A stretch of 64,000 nt of DNA, taken from contig CALXUP010000006.1 of NCBI GenBank assembly GCA_944391715.1, forward strand, positions 1,895-65,894, written 5' to 3'. Both the position numbers and the translations under genes were made by a program. The DNA is from an uncultured Alphaproteobacteria bacterium (lineage in GTDB: Bacteria; Pseudomonadota; Alphaproteobacteria; RF32; CAG-239). The notes below the pieces were generated by a model. It was not told where the DNA came from. It searched no databases and saw nothing but the letters and a program-made list of their open reading frames with translations. Below are positions 18,129 through 27,089 of the stretch, piece after piece (position 1 is the stretch's first letter; the number at the start of each line of letters is the position of its first letter).

Positions 18129-18424
18129 GTTTTCTCCTTATTGGTTGTTATTTAATAAAAAAAGAACACCTGTTCAGGCTTGAACAGATGCTCGTTATAC
18201 AAAAAAACGCCGATATTACGGCGTAAGCTATTTTCTTTAGTTAAATTTTACTGATAATTTGTTTTTTATAAAAATTTAACTGCTACTTTCAAAAAAGACT
18301 TACAGTAAAAATAATTGTCCAATATAACATATAAAAAAATAGACTTAATGAAAATATATATCCAATGATTATTAATGTAAAATTTAAATAAACTAAAAAC
18401 TTATTCAAAGATCATTTCCTTTTA

Positions 18425-18640
18425 TTATAATTCTGACTTTATAACGGTGCAAAAAGTTATACAATAAATATAACCAAATAGAAGAATGCTTAATAGCAAT
18501 ATTCTAATAATGTATTTCCAATGACGAAAATAATTTATTGCTTTTATTTTATCAAAAAATTTAATAAGTAAACCTGAAGAATCTGTATCTTTAATACTAG
18601 ATTCTTCAAGTCGTTTTTGTTCTTTTTTTGTTTTTCTCAT
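18425..18640 (-). CDS. small tail-anchored membrane protein, KTKKEQ family (member 1)
   Basis: MRKTKKEQKRLEESS...AINYFRHWKYIIRILLLSILLFGYIYCITF. Basic N-terminus, C-terminal TM. AT-rich. Confidence 0.45.
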   Translation of the reverse strand: MRKTKKEQKRLEESSIKDTDSSGLLIKFFDKIKAINYFRHWKYIIRILLLSILLFGYIYCITFCTVIKSEL

Positions 18641-18644
18641 ATTA

Positions 18645-18920
18645 TCAAATATCCTTAACTGTATCAGCAAAAAGAAATACTAATATTAAAAGTTCAATGT
18701 ATGTCAGAAATAATGCAATTTCTACATTTTCTTGTTTTAAGAGCGACAATTTTTTCCCGAACAAAATGCATAAAAAACACCCTGACAGAAAAAATAATAA
18801 AGCTATACAAAGCCAATCCAAAAATAAATTTTCTTTTTGAACACCGATTATTCCCATAAAAAAGACAGGAACCGTCATTGTTAACAACATTGCCAACTGA
18901 TGAAAAAATTGTTTTATCAT
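18645..18920 (-). CDS. small multi-TM membrane protein (family 3, member 1)
   Basis: 91 aa. The C-terminus LLKQENVEIALFLTYIELLILVFLF is similar to that of 20704..20961. Confidence 0.45.
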   Translation of the reverse strand: MIKQFFHQLAMLLTMTVPVFFMGIIGVQKENLFLDWLCIALLFFLSGCFLCILFGKKLSLLKQENVEIALFLTYIELLILVFLFADTVKDI

Positions 18921-18921
18921 T

Positions 18922-19212
18922 TTACATCCCTCTCATAAGCGATGCGATTATTGGCAATCCAATAACCAAGGCAATAAAAAACAAAATCCAATCTATATAC
19001 AGAGCATATTGTATTATCTTGCGGTAAGGAATACCTAACGTGATATTAAAGAAGGCCAGAAATGCTAAGACAAATAAAATAATCTGTAATGCTATAAAAA
19101 CATATGGGGCATAATAACCTGAAAAACCTAACATTTCGCCTACTATAGACAAGGGCGCAATTGCAACCCATGCTGCGTAAACCCTGATAAAATTTTGTAT
19201 CCGTTCTTTCAT
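18922..19212 (-). CDS. small multi-TM membrane protein, MKERIQNFIRV family (member 1)
   Basis: 96 aa. The N-terminus MKERIQNFIRVYAAW is nearly identical to that of 20992..21270. Confidence 0.5.
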   Translation of the reverse strand: MKERIQNFIRVYAAWVAIAPLSIVGEMLGFSGYYAPYVFIALQIILFVLAFLAFFNITLGIPYRKIIQYALYIDWILFFIALVIGLPIIASLMRGM

Positions 19213-19223
19213 TCTCTTTTCCT

Positions 19224-19352
19224 TAAGAAATCATTTTGAGCAATAAACCAAACCATATTCCTCCTAAAACAAACATAGAGATAAGAAACGTCGGCACTAT
19301 TGCTGCATATAAAACAACTAAAATAACAAACTGAAAATACTTATGTTTCATC
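19224..19352 (-). CDS. 42-aa hydrophobic peptide, translationally coupled (TGATG) to the upstream gene
   Basis: MKHKYFQFVILVVLYAAIVPTFLISMFVLGGIWFGLLLKMIS. Start overlaps the stop of 19352..19500. Confidence 0.3.
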
Positions 19353-19500
19353 AGATTAGCCCCAAAATGATATTACCCCAAAGCAGAAGACTGAATAAAA
19401 ACATCCACAAAAGCCAAATAAAGTGCTTTTTATAATCAATATTATCTACCAAGTTATTAACTTCAGATAGTTTATCTTTCAATTTTTGATTTTTCTTCAT
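19352..19500 (-). CDS. small tail-anchored membrane protein, IDYKKH family (short member)
   Basis: MKKNQKLKDKLSEVNNLVDNIDYKKHFIWLLWMFLFSLLLWGNIILGLI. ATGA overlap with the upstream gene. Shares the NIDYKKHF motif with 20045..20233 and 20428..20640. Confidence 0.4.
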
Positions 19501-19664
19501 AACAGAAACTCCATTACCTGCATTTCTATTTTAGTTAAAATAACGAAGCCTATAATAAAGATAGAACTCGTCATAAAAAACACAGCCAGAGGAGCAAGAA
19601 ATAAGTATCCTGCCCCAATCATAATTAATTGTATAAAAGAAGACACTGTTTTTAATTTTGACAT
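19497..19664 (-). CDS. 55-aa 2-TM membrane peptide, translationally coupled
   Basis: MSKLKTVSSFIQLIMIGAGYLFLAPLAVFFMTSSIFIIGFVILTKIEMQVMEFLL. Stop overlaps the ATG of the next gene (ATGA). Confidence 0.3.
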   Translation of the reverse strand: MSKLKTVSSFIQLIMIGAGYLFLAPLAVFFMTSSIFIIGFVILTKIEMQVMEFLL

Positions 19665-19673
19665 TTTCGAACC

Positions 19674-19889
19674 TTACCAATCTAATGAAGAAAAAAAGAA
19701 ACACACTGCAAATATAAATACAAAGAACAATAAGATGTCTAATAAAAATAATTTCCAGAGTCTTTCACCTTGCTTTTTGTAATCAAGCTTATTAACTTTT
19801 TCTATCAGCTTAGACCAGCAGTTAGAAGAAGTTAAAAATTTTTCATTAACTTCTTCCGGACACATTTGTTCTTTTTTTGTTTTCCTCAT
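19674..19889 (-). CDS. small tail-anchored membrane protein, KTKKEQ family (member 2)
   Basis: RBS aagga + ATG giving MRKTKKEQMCPEEVNEKF...KLDYKKQGERLWKLFLLDILLFFVFIFAVCFFF. The longer ORF-track N-terminus is hydrophobic and lacks an RBS. Confidence 0.45.
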   Translation of the reverse strand: MRKTKKEQMCPEEVNEKFLTSSNCWSKLIEKVNKLDYKKQGERLWKLFLLDILLFFVFIFAVCFFFSSLDW

Positions 19890-20044
19890 ATTAAATCCTT
19901 CCCGTCCAATCATTCTTACATATTTAATATTCCGTTTGTTACCATTGAGGCCATAGCTGCAAAATACATAAAAAATATAATTGAAGAGATATAACCAATT
20001 AACAATAAAATAAATTTTATAATCACACTCATAATCATCACTTT

Positions 20045-20233
20045 TCAAAGTATATATAAAAAGGTACCAATTGAATAAATAGCCAAAATTATTCCAAGGA
20101 TAAAAATTACTTTAATAATTTTCCAATGTTTTTTATAATCGATACTATTAATGAAATTATAAAAGCGGGAGAAAGCTGTTGTTTGCACGACAACTTCTCC
20201 CTCTTTCTTTTGTTCTTTTTTTGTTTTCACCAT
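20045..20233 (-). CDS. small tail-anchored membrane protein, KTKKEQ family (member 3)
   Basis: MVKTKKEQKKEGEVVVQTTAFSRFYNFINSIDYKKHWK + TM. About 80 bp of DNA (20150-20230) is identical to 20555-20640. Confidence 0.5.
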   Translation of the reverse strand: MVKTKKEQKKEGEVVVQTTAFSRFYNFINSIDYKKHWKIIKVIFILGIILAIYSIGTFLYIL

Positions 20234-20427
20234 ATTATCAAATATCCTTTATTTTTCAAATTTTATTCTTTTTTTTATTTTCAAAAGATACAATCATACA
20301 ATAAAACAGTTAATGACACTAACAAAAAAAGAGTTAAAGGAAATAATATGATATAAGAAAACGACAACAAAAAGAAGCGCATGAGCAAGAAGTATGTTTT
20401 TGAATTTTTCATATATATTCCTTTTTG

Positions 20428-20640
20428 TTAACTTAACCCATCAAAAGCATTTCCTGTCATAACAACAAAAGTTATTGTTAGAACGATGAAAAGAGTTATG
20501 TCTGCCAAAATCAACCAGCAAACATATTTAAAGTGTTTTTTATAATCGATGTTATTAATAAAATTATAAAAGCGGGAGAAAGCTGTTGTTTGCACGACAA
20601 CTTCTCCCTCTTTCTTTTGTTCTTTTTTTGTTTTCATCAT
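20428..20640 (-). CDS. small tail-anchored membrane protein, KTKKEQ family (member 4)
   Basis: MMKTKKEQKKEGEVVVQTTAFSRFYNFINNIDYKKHFKY + TM. Its first 35 aa are nearly identical to member 3. Confidence 0.5.
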   Translation of the reverse strand: MMKTKKEQKKEGEVVVQTTAFSRFYNFINNIDYKKHFKYVCWLILADITLFIVLTITFVVMTGNAFDGLS

Positions 20641-20703
20641 ATCATCAAATATCCTTTATTTTTCAGATACTTTGACAATATTAGATTTTTTTATATTTGT
20701 CTA

Positions 20704-20961
20704 CTAAAAAGGTACAAGGGCACCTAAAATAAATATTTCAGGAAACAAGAGGAAAAGTGCTAACTCTGTGTATTCTTGTTTGACATACGGAAGAGAAACC
20801 CCCACCAGCACTAAGAAAATGCTTATTGCCCATATCCAGCCTAAAATGACGGCCAAAAACATTATCGTTCCTATTCCCCCAAAAAGACCAATGAATAACA
20901 AAAAAAATAACGAGGGAAACATACCACACAAAAACATTAAATTCCAAAAACGTTCTTTCAT
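20704..20961 (-). CDS. small multi-TM membrane protein (family 3, member 2; MKER-like start)
   Basis: 85 aa. MKERFWNLMF... C-terminus YVKQEYTELALFLLFPEIFIL resembles that of 18645..18920. Confidence 0.45.
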   Translation of the reverse strand: MKERFWNLMFLCGMFPSLFFLLFIGLFGGIGTIMFLAVILGWIWAISIFLVLVGVSLPYVKQEYTELALFLLFPEIFILGALVPF

Positions 20962-20991
20962 TATCTTTTCTCTTTCTATTTTGCCTGAATA

Positions 20992-21270
20992 TCATTTCAA
21001 CATCATATTGTTCAACATTTCGATCCCAAATATTATAGTATCAACAACTATCCCCCAACGCACAATTTGAGCATAAGGAATTTTGAATGTTATTTTGAAG
21101 AATGCGAAAATTGCTAACACTAAAGCTATGGGAATGGATAAAAAAGGTGCTCCCCAAACTATTACAGCCCACTCATATTCTATTACCCACCGAAGCATAA
21201 AAAATAGAAAAATATCTACAACCATAAAGGCTGCAAATACTCTGATGAAATTTTGTATCCGTTCTTTCAT
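20992..21270 (-). CDS. small multi-TM membrane protein, MKERIQNFIRV family (member 2)
   Basis: 92 aa. MKERIQNFIRVFAAFMVVD... is a paralogue of 18922..19212. Confidence 0.5.
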   Translation of the reverse strand: MKERIQNFIRVFAAFMVVDIFLFFMLRWVIEYEWAVIVWGAPFLSIPIALVLAIFAFFKITFKIPYAQIVRWGIVVDTIIFGIEMLNNMMLK

Positions 21271-21334
21271 TTATAAGCTATCCTTTCATATTTTGAAAGG
21301 ATAGCTTATATTTTTTATTTTTTCAACTTAAATT

Positions 21335-22159
21335 TTATCTTTTTTTAAGAATACGACTACAATCATATCCATTTCTCCCTAAATCTCTACCAATTTCATT
21401 GTTAGTTAAATCTTTCCAGCTGTCAGCCAACACACCGAATGTTCCTCCATATTGATTTTTTAGCTTCTTGTTTGTAATCTTTTTATATATATCATCTCCT
21501 TCTTTTGCATATCCTAGACCTGTTACAGTAATTGGCATACCATTAGACGCACCAAAACATGAAACATATTGATGTTTTTTATCATCACCAAGGTTCATTA
21601 CCCCTACTCTTTTAGCCTCTTTAGCCAAATTCGTAACATTTTGTATATAGGTCTGATTAGGTGAAATAACATTAGGAACATCTGTATAAGGATCATAGGT
21701 GCGATAATCTACCACTCCTTCTCCTATTTTTTCTCCTATTTCTTCTCCTGTTTTATACAAAGTTTCTCCTATGTTATATACCGTCTGAGCACCGCCATAT
21801 ACCGGATAAAACGCAGTATTTCCAATATTAGGCATGGCCTGAGTAACAGCATTTTTCAGGGGAAAGCCGGATTTTTGTTTAGACGCAAAGCCTTTTTGAA
21901 AAGCGGCGTTGGCAATTTCAGGACTTAAGACCGAAGTCTGTGCCGACACTTGTTGAGGCTGTTGCGGTGCATCAGGCTGAGCCGCAAACGACTGTGCCTG
22001 CGGCTGATATGGCGTCTGTTGCCAGTTTGGAGCAGATGTGTTGTACGGGGTTTGGTTTTGGGCCTGATATTGGGGCGAATATGATATTTCTTCTTGTTGT
22101 CTGCGCCAGTTTTTGGCCCAGTTATTCAACTTGTCTTCAAGAAGTTTATTGGTTGGCAT
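21335..22159 (-). CDS. phage virion protein with Q/P-rich N-terminal region and Cys-containing C-terminal globular domain (internal/ejection protein or lysin candidate)
   Basis: 274 aa. N-terminus QYQAQNQTPYNTSAPNWQQTPYQPQAQSFAAQPDAPQQPQQ. C-terminus ...HQYVSCFGASNGMPITVTGLGYAKEGDD...DLGRNGYDCSRIL. Function not recognised. Confidence 0.45.
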   Translation of the reverse strand: MPTNKLLEDKLNNWAKNWRRQQEEISYSPQYQAQNQTPYNTSAPNWQQTPYQPQAQSFAAQPDAPQQPQQVSAQTSVLSPEIANAAFQKGFASKQKSGFPLKNAVTQAMPNIGNTAFYPVYGGAQTVYNIGETLYKTGEEIGEKIGEGVVDYRTYDPYTDVPNVISPNQTYIQNVTNLAKEAKRVGVMNLGDDKKHQYVSCFGASNGMPITVTGLGYAKEGDDIYKKITNKKLKNQYGGTFGVLADSWKDLTNNEIGRDLGRNGYDCSRILKKR

Positions 22160-22160
22160 T

Positions 22161-22730
22161 TTATTTCTCCTTTGTTTTAGCGGTTTCGGTTGATTTTTTC
22201 AACTGTGCCTGCAGTTGTTCGACTTTGTTTTGCAGCTGTGCTATTGTCTGCCGGTATTTTTCTTCCTGTTTTTGCCAGGAAGAAATTTCGGAGTTATGAG
22301 CAGAAGCGGCCAGAAACTTCTGTGCCAATTCCCGCTCCCTTCCGATTTCCAGCTGAACGGCCTTTTCTTCATCCAGCTCAGCCAGCGCTTCGACGGTGAA
22401 GATTCCGCGGATTTTCAAACTCTCTATTTCTCCGGCCGTCAAAAAGGCAAACTGCTCAAGCGGCGTTCCCTCTTTTATCTGCTTTTTCATCAGCTGATAG
22501 CGGGCGTAGGCCGCCGGGAAACGCTCGATTTTCTCTTTGGTTGCCGGCTGGTCATAAACCTCCGACGGATTATCCTTAATCCGGATTTCGACAAAACAGA
22601 CATTTTTAAAGACCGGAAAACCATCTTTGGTCACTTCTTCCGTTTTAACCGAACGGTCATAAAAACGGGCGACAATACCGTCTTCCGGATTGGTGTTTTG
22701 AGCGATTTTATCAAATAATCCAAAATCCAT
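22161..22730 (-). CDS. hypothetical phage head-completion/virion protein
   Basis: ~189 aa from MDFGLFDKIAQ, with RBS ggaaagga; the upstream ORF-track Met lacks an RBS. Coiled-coil C-terminus. Lies immediately after the capsid gene. Confidence 0.45.
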   Translation of the reverse strand: MDFGLFDKIAQNTNPEDGIVARFYDRSVKTEEVTKDGFPVFKNVCFVEIRIKDNPSEVYDQPATKEKIERFPAAYARYQLMKKQIKEGTPLEQFAFLTAGEIESLKIRGIFTVEALAELDEEKAVQLEIGRERELAQKFLAASAHNSEISSWQKQEEKYRQTIAQLQNKVEQLQAQLKKSTETAKTKEK

Positions 22731-22805
22731 TTGTATTCCTTTCCGTTGGTGCAAAAATGAAGGAGGAGCCATAACAGCCCCTCCCGTTGTGTTTTTGTTT
22801 TTATA

Positions 22806-23801
22806 TTATTCACCGTCACTATCCGTTGAGGCAGAGGTTTTGTTAAGCAAAACACCCTGCAAAGACGCATTGGACATGGTCATATTACCGGCCCAGCCGA
22901 TAATTTTATAAACGGCATCCTGGTTGATGGCCGCACGCTCTCCGCCGATGACCTTCATATTGCGGTCTTTATGCGGACGCAGATACAGATAATCGGTATT
23001 GAGGAAGTACATCCGGTCTTCCGGACAATGGCCGCCCTGTCCGCCGTCGCAAATTACGTCGGCGCCCTTGAAACGCAGGGTGGCAAAACCGGCATCGGCC
23101 ATTTTCGGGTCGGTATAGCGCTGCAGTGAAGCCATAGATTCTTCAAGCAGGCTGTACAAAGACGTTCCGGTAACAATCAAGTCCGGTTTGTCGGTGCCGC
23201 GGCACAAAGACATATACAATTTGTCCATGGTCGGACGGATAGTATCTACCGTCAGCGCCTCGGAAGCCGTTAAAGACTGGTTGCGCCAGAACTCGTTGCC
23301 GGCCGTTGCGCGGTTGATGCCGCCGACCGTACCGGTAGACGGATTATCCGCGACCAGCAGTTTGAGCCCGCCGATGGCCTTACCGGAAGATTCCGTACCG
23401 TCGCCGTAAATTGCTGCGGACATTTTGTTGCACATGGTTTTAACGGCATTGTCAACGCGTTTGACCATCAGTTCCATGATTTGGGCATCACCGGAGTTGC
23501 GCAGCTGGTCTTCCCCGGAGATTGCAACCGGAACGGCACAGAGTTTGAGGGCATATTCGGCCGCGGTAAACAACTGCTTGGGCGTGAAATTGATTGTATC
23601 ATAGCCGGAATACCAAACCATATCGCCTTCGCCGTATTCCAGTTCTTCCAGAATGCGGCTGCCGCCGGTAATTTCCTTGATATTGTCTTTTTCCTTCAGC
23701 CTTTTCAGCAACGCGTTGTTTTTGGATATGTTATCCGACAAAGTGCCGGTGCGGCATTCCAAGGTGAAAGCCATTACATCATCAACAGGTAAAGCTGTCA
23801 T
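22806..23801 (-). CDS. major capsid protein
   Basis: 331 aa. Lies directly downstream of the scaffold gene. Composition and length fit an HK97-fold major capsid protein of a podovirus-like phage. No diagnostic motif, so called on position and size. Confidence 0.65.
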   Translation of the reverse strand: MTALPVDDVMAFTLECRTGTLSDNISKNNALLKRLKEKDNIKEITGGSRILEELEYGEGDMVWYSGYDTINFTPKQLFTAAEYALKLCAVPVAISGEDQLRNSGDAQIMELMVKRVDNAVKTMCNKMSAAIYGDGTESSGKAIGGLKLLVADNPSTGTVGGINRATAGNEFWRNQSLTASEALTVDTIRPTMDKLYMSLCRGTDKPDLIVTGTSLYSLLEESMASLQRYTDPKMADAGFATLRFKGADVICDGGQGGHCPEDRMYFLNTDYLYLRPHKDRNMKVIGGERAAINQDAVYKIIGWAGNMTMSNASLQGVLLNKTSASTDSDGE

Positions 23802-23831
23802 TTTTATTTTCCTTTTCTAAAAAATTTAAGT

Positions 23832-24785
23832 TTAAAGTTGGTTGTTTCGATATTGTGCGACAATTGATTCCACGATTTCACGCGTCGTCATTTTGGAATA
23901 ATCCGGTTTTGACTTCTGGTGTCCTTTCGGGGAGAATGACGCTTCTTTGGCCTTGACGGCCTCTTCGGCTTTTGATTTGATTGAAGCATCCGTATTGTCG
24001 GCAATCAGGCGGGCCCGGATGTCGGCATTCGCCCAAACCGCCATTTCGTATGCTTCTTCCAAATCCGCGGCCGCACCGGTCAGCAACAGGCGGTAGACGA
24101 CCGGTTTGACGCTGGCAAAGAACTCATGTTTGGCCCGGCCTTTTTCATCCCGGGCTTCCATAAATTCTTTGAACAGGCGTTCTGCATCGCGCTGACGGGC
24201 AGCGGCGAAATCTTCATTGACTTTTTGAAAGCGGCGTTCCAATTCGGTCAGTTTGCCGGCAATACCGGAAACCTGCCGGACGTATTCGCCCAGCTGCGCC
24301 TTGTTTTCGACCGGAGCCGCCGCAAACAGCTGTCCGGCAACGCCATAATGTCCGGCCAGCTGGCGGAGTGTTTCTTCCGGGCTGGCTTCCAGCGCATCAT
24401 CCAACGCCGCCATATATGCAAAATACTGCTGCGGCGAAAGAAAGCCGAAATTGCGGCGCAGACGCTCCTGCCTTTCGCCGTAAACTTCTTTCATCCAGCG
24501 GCAATCTTCGATTTCTTGTCCGAGTTCCTTAAACGCGTGCGTAACATTGGCCTCGCGTTCATGCAGAAATTTTCGGAATTCAAAAGGAAGATTGCGAAAT
24601 ATGCCGGCAAATTCCGGCGGATAAAATCCCGGAGCTTCAGCGTAGGGATCTTCTGCGGCAGAAAGCTCCTGCGCCTCATTTCCGGAATAGCCGTTTGAAA
24701 CCGTCTCCTGTGCCGCGGCGGCCTTTTGCCCCTCGCGGTACCGTCTGACGACTTCTTCCACAATTTTTTGGGTTTCACTACTCAT
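23832..24785 (-). CDS. scaffolding protein
   Basis: 317 aa, highly charged alpha-helical (EEAYEMAVWANADIRARLIADNTDASIKSKAEEAVKAKEA). Sits between the portal-side genes and the capsid gene. Confidence 0.55.
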   Translation of the reverse strand: MSSETQKIVEEVVRRYREGQKAAAAQETVSNGYSGNEAQELSAAEDPYAEAPGFYPPEFAGIFRNLPFEFRKFLHEREANVTHAFKELGQEIEDCRWMKEVYGERQERLRRNFGFLSPQQYFAYMAALDDALEASPEETLRQLAGHYGVAGQLFAAAPVENKAQLGEYVRQVSGIAGKLTELERRFQKVNEDFAAARQRDAERLFKEFMEARDEKGRAKHEFFASVKPVVYRLLLTGAAADLEEAYEMAVWANADIRARLIADNTDASIKSKAEEAVKAKEASFSPKGHQKSKPDYSKMTTREIVESIVAQYRNNQL

Positions 24786-24996
24786 TCCATATTTTCCTTT
24801 TATAGTTATGTAAAAAGGCGGCCATCGTTTCCCGATGTTCCGCCCGTTGTTGTTGCAGACGCACCTTCTTGCGAAAGTCGTCCGAATAATCGCCGGCCCA
24901 GGCCAGATTATTGGCTTTCAGCCAGCGGTTAATTTCTTCAAAAGAAGCCACGACCGTGCCATCCGGCAGCGTGACTTCGTCTTTTAACCGGCTCAT
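24778..24996 (-). CDS. hypothetical protein
   Basis: 72 aa; overlaps the scaffold start. Plausible codon usage. Confidence 0.35.
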   Translation of the reverse strand: MSRLKDEVTLPDGTVVASFEEINRWLKANNLAWAGDYSDDFRKKVRLQQQRAEHRETMAAFLHNYKRKIWNE

Positions 24997-25095
24997 GAAA
25001 AATTCTCCTTGTTTTCAGGCATAAAAAAAGCCGCAGCAATTGTGCGGCAGATGATGAAAAAGGGCTCCGCCAAGAGAGCCCGGGATTAAAAAAAC

Positions 25096-25977
25096 TTATG
25101 GTTCCGCCCGTATTGACCGGCGTTTTTCCCGCCAATACATCAGCGGAAGCGGCAGCAGCATAGCCAGCAGGTTAAACAACGGGGCATAAGGGGCTATTAT
25201 CAGCAGCCAATGTCCGGAAGGAATGCCGTGAGGATAGACAGACAATTCGTAAATCAGGACAAAAGGCACCAGGAGCCAGAAATATGCCAACCATCCGAAC
25301 GAGGCCAGATAACGGCTGAGCAACGGCAGCTGCTGCCGGAATTTAATCAGGAAATCCGGTGTTTTAATAAATATCAGCCAAAACAGCTCCAAAGCAAAAA
25401 TTGTTCGCCAGATGTTTCCCGTCGTTTCCAGCTCCCGGCTGTTAAAACGCAATGCGCCTGCCGTGAGCGGCAAAAAGACAATCCAATAAAGTCCGCCGGA
25501 CAGCAACAAATTGAATATAAAACCTTTGGCATCGTCTGCCGGGTTATCTTTATCGCCCTCGATGATTTCCAGAGGGTCATCCGACCGCCGAAGCAGAAGC
25601 GTTATGCGGGCAAGCAGCAGGACTATCAGCGTTGAACCCCAGCAAACCCCGTATAAATTGTTTTGCAAGATATGCCTTATTTCTTCAGACAGCCGGGGAA
25701 ACCACGGCGTGAACGAAACGGCCAGAACCATGGCAAAAATCAGCGGCAGGCAGCCTTGAAACGCCAGATAACAGGCCAGGCGCGGCCGACGTTGGCGCAG
25801 TTTGTCGAAAGTTTCAGTTTTTAAGCGGAAAATTCGGACGAACCACAGCAGCAAAAGCAAATAAAGCATAATTTCGGAATATATCAGCCAGGCCTGAGTA
25901 CCCAACAGGCCGAAAATCAACCCCAACAACCAGTATATACCGAAGAAAATCAGCGTATTTTTTGAAAAAATATGCAT
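25096..25977 (-). CDS. polytopic inner-membrane protein (moron or superinfection-exclusion candidate)
   Basis: 293 aa with 8 or more hydrophobic segments. Normal GC. Inserted between the portal and scaffold genes. Confidence 0.55.
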   Translation of the reverse strand: MHIFSKNTLIFFGIYWLLGLIFGLLGTQAWLIYSEIMLYLLLLLWFVRIFRLKTETFDKLRQRRPRLACYLAFQGCLPLIFAMVLAVSFTPWFPRLSEEIRHILQNNLYGVCWGSTLIVLLLARITLLLRRSDDPLEIIEGDKDNPADDAKGFIFNLLLSGGLYWIVFLPLTAGALRFNSRELETTGNIWRTIFALELFWLIFIKTPDFLIKFRQQLPLLSRYLASFGWLAYFWLLVPFVLIYELSVYPHGIPSGHWLLIIAPYAPLFNLLAMLLPLPLMYWREKRRSIRAEP

Positions 25978-26160
25978 ATTGCCGCTCCCTTGTTTTTGAA
26001 TATGCGATAGAGATAATCAAAATCCGGGCAAAGGCAAGGTGGCGGAACAAAATAAAAGCAGGAACTTAATTATTCCCGCTTTGTTTTTTTAATCGCCTAT
26101 CCCCCAAATTGTAATCATAAATTCTTACAACAATATTTCCTTGACTCTTCTCCTTTTATC

Positions 26161-26350
26161 ATTATATTGTTCTTAGATTGTTCTGAGAGACCAGAAAGTG
26201 GTTGGTCACATATAAGAGTAATTTTATATTAGAGGATAATGGAACACGCGCCCATCCAGAGCAATTTAGAAAAGCCTGAATATGACGATATTCTTGTTTT
26301 TCCAGAGCCGGGATATGACGATATCCCGGCTCTGTTTTTTATTCCGTCTC
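26161..26350. repeat. direct repeat R1 flanking the secreted-protein moron (contains terminator-like palindromes)
   Basis: Shares with 27090-27250 the blocks ttgttct(t/c)agattgttctgag, gcgcg..ccatccag.gcaatttagaaaagcc and the perfect palindrome gagccgggatatgacgatatcccggctc. Confidence 0.55.
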
Positions 26351-26995
26351 TATCCAAAAATTTTCAGAAGTGACCGGCGTAAACTCTTTTTTATCCAAAA
26401 AGAAAGTTCTATTATACACTTTCCAATCAGCTCTCATATCATCACCGTCCCAATTATAATGGATATCAAGCAACGGATTTGACAGATGAGTTAAATCAAA
26501 TTGTACGGAAGTTATCATTCTGCCATTATTGAGGCTTACTGCTTCCAGCGCATCAATAATGACTTTGTTATTCATTTTAACGGTCAGGTAAAATTGCTGA
26601 TAAATACCAGCGCTCCCTTCACCGGAAAGAAATTGATATTTATCTCCTATTTTATAATTTTTTTTCGGATTAAGCGCGTTTATCTGTACCTCAAATATCC
26701 TATTATCAATTTTGCAGGAAGCATTATAGCTCTTTTGCCACAATATTTTGTCATTATTATCAAGCTTATAAAGCGCCTGTAAATTATATAATCCGTATTT
26801 TTGAATATAATCCGCAGATTGTGTCAGTAATTTTTCCTGCAGGTCTTCACTGGTACGTGGATGTTCTACCGTCATATACAGGCTTTTTAGTTCCGGCCGG
26901 CACTGAATGCGCAAAAAATCATTCCAGAAATCTGCCTTGGCAGAATTGCAGCATAATATTCCAACAAGTCCTATTAAGACAACATATTTTTTCAT
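26339..26995 (-). CDS. secreted protein (signal peptide), AT-rich moron
   Basis: RBS aaggagag + ATG. MKKYVVLIGLVGILCCNSAKA then a hydrophilic N/K/Y-rich domain of ~195 aa. Confidence 0.55.
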   Translation of the reverse strand: MKKYVVLIGLVGILCCNSAKADFWNDFLRIQCRPELKSLYMTVEHPRTSEDLQEKLLTQSADYIQKYGLYNLQALYKLDNNDKILWQKSYNASCKIDNRIFEVQINALNPKKNYKIGDKYQFLSGEGSAGIYQQFYLTVKMNNKVIIDALEAVSLNNGRMITSVQFDLTHLSNPLLDIHYNWDGDDMRADWKVYNRTFFLDKKEFTPVTSENFWIETE

Positions 26996-27089
26996 GCTCT
27001 CTCCTTTGATAATAATAGTAATTATAATAATTGAACACAATAATTTTACAAGCAATAATTTAATCTTTCGTGCTTGACTTTCTTAAGAC

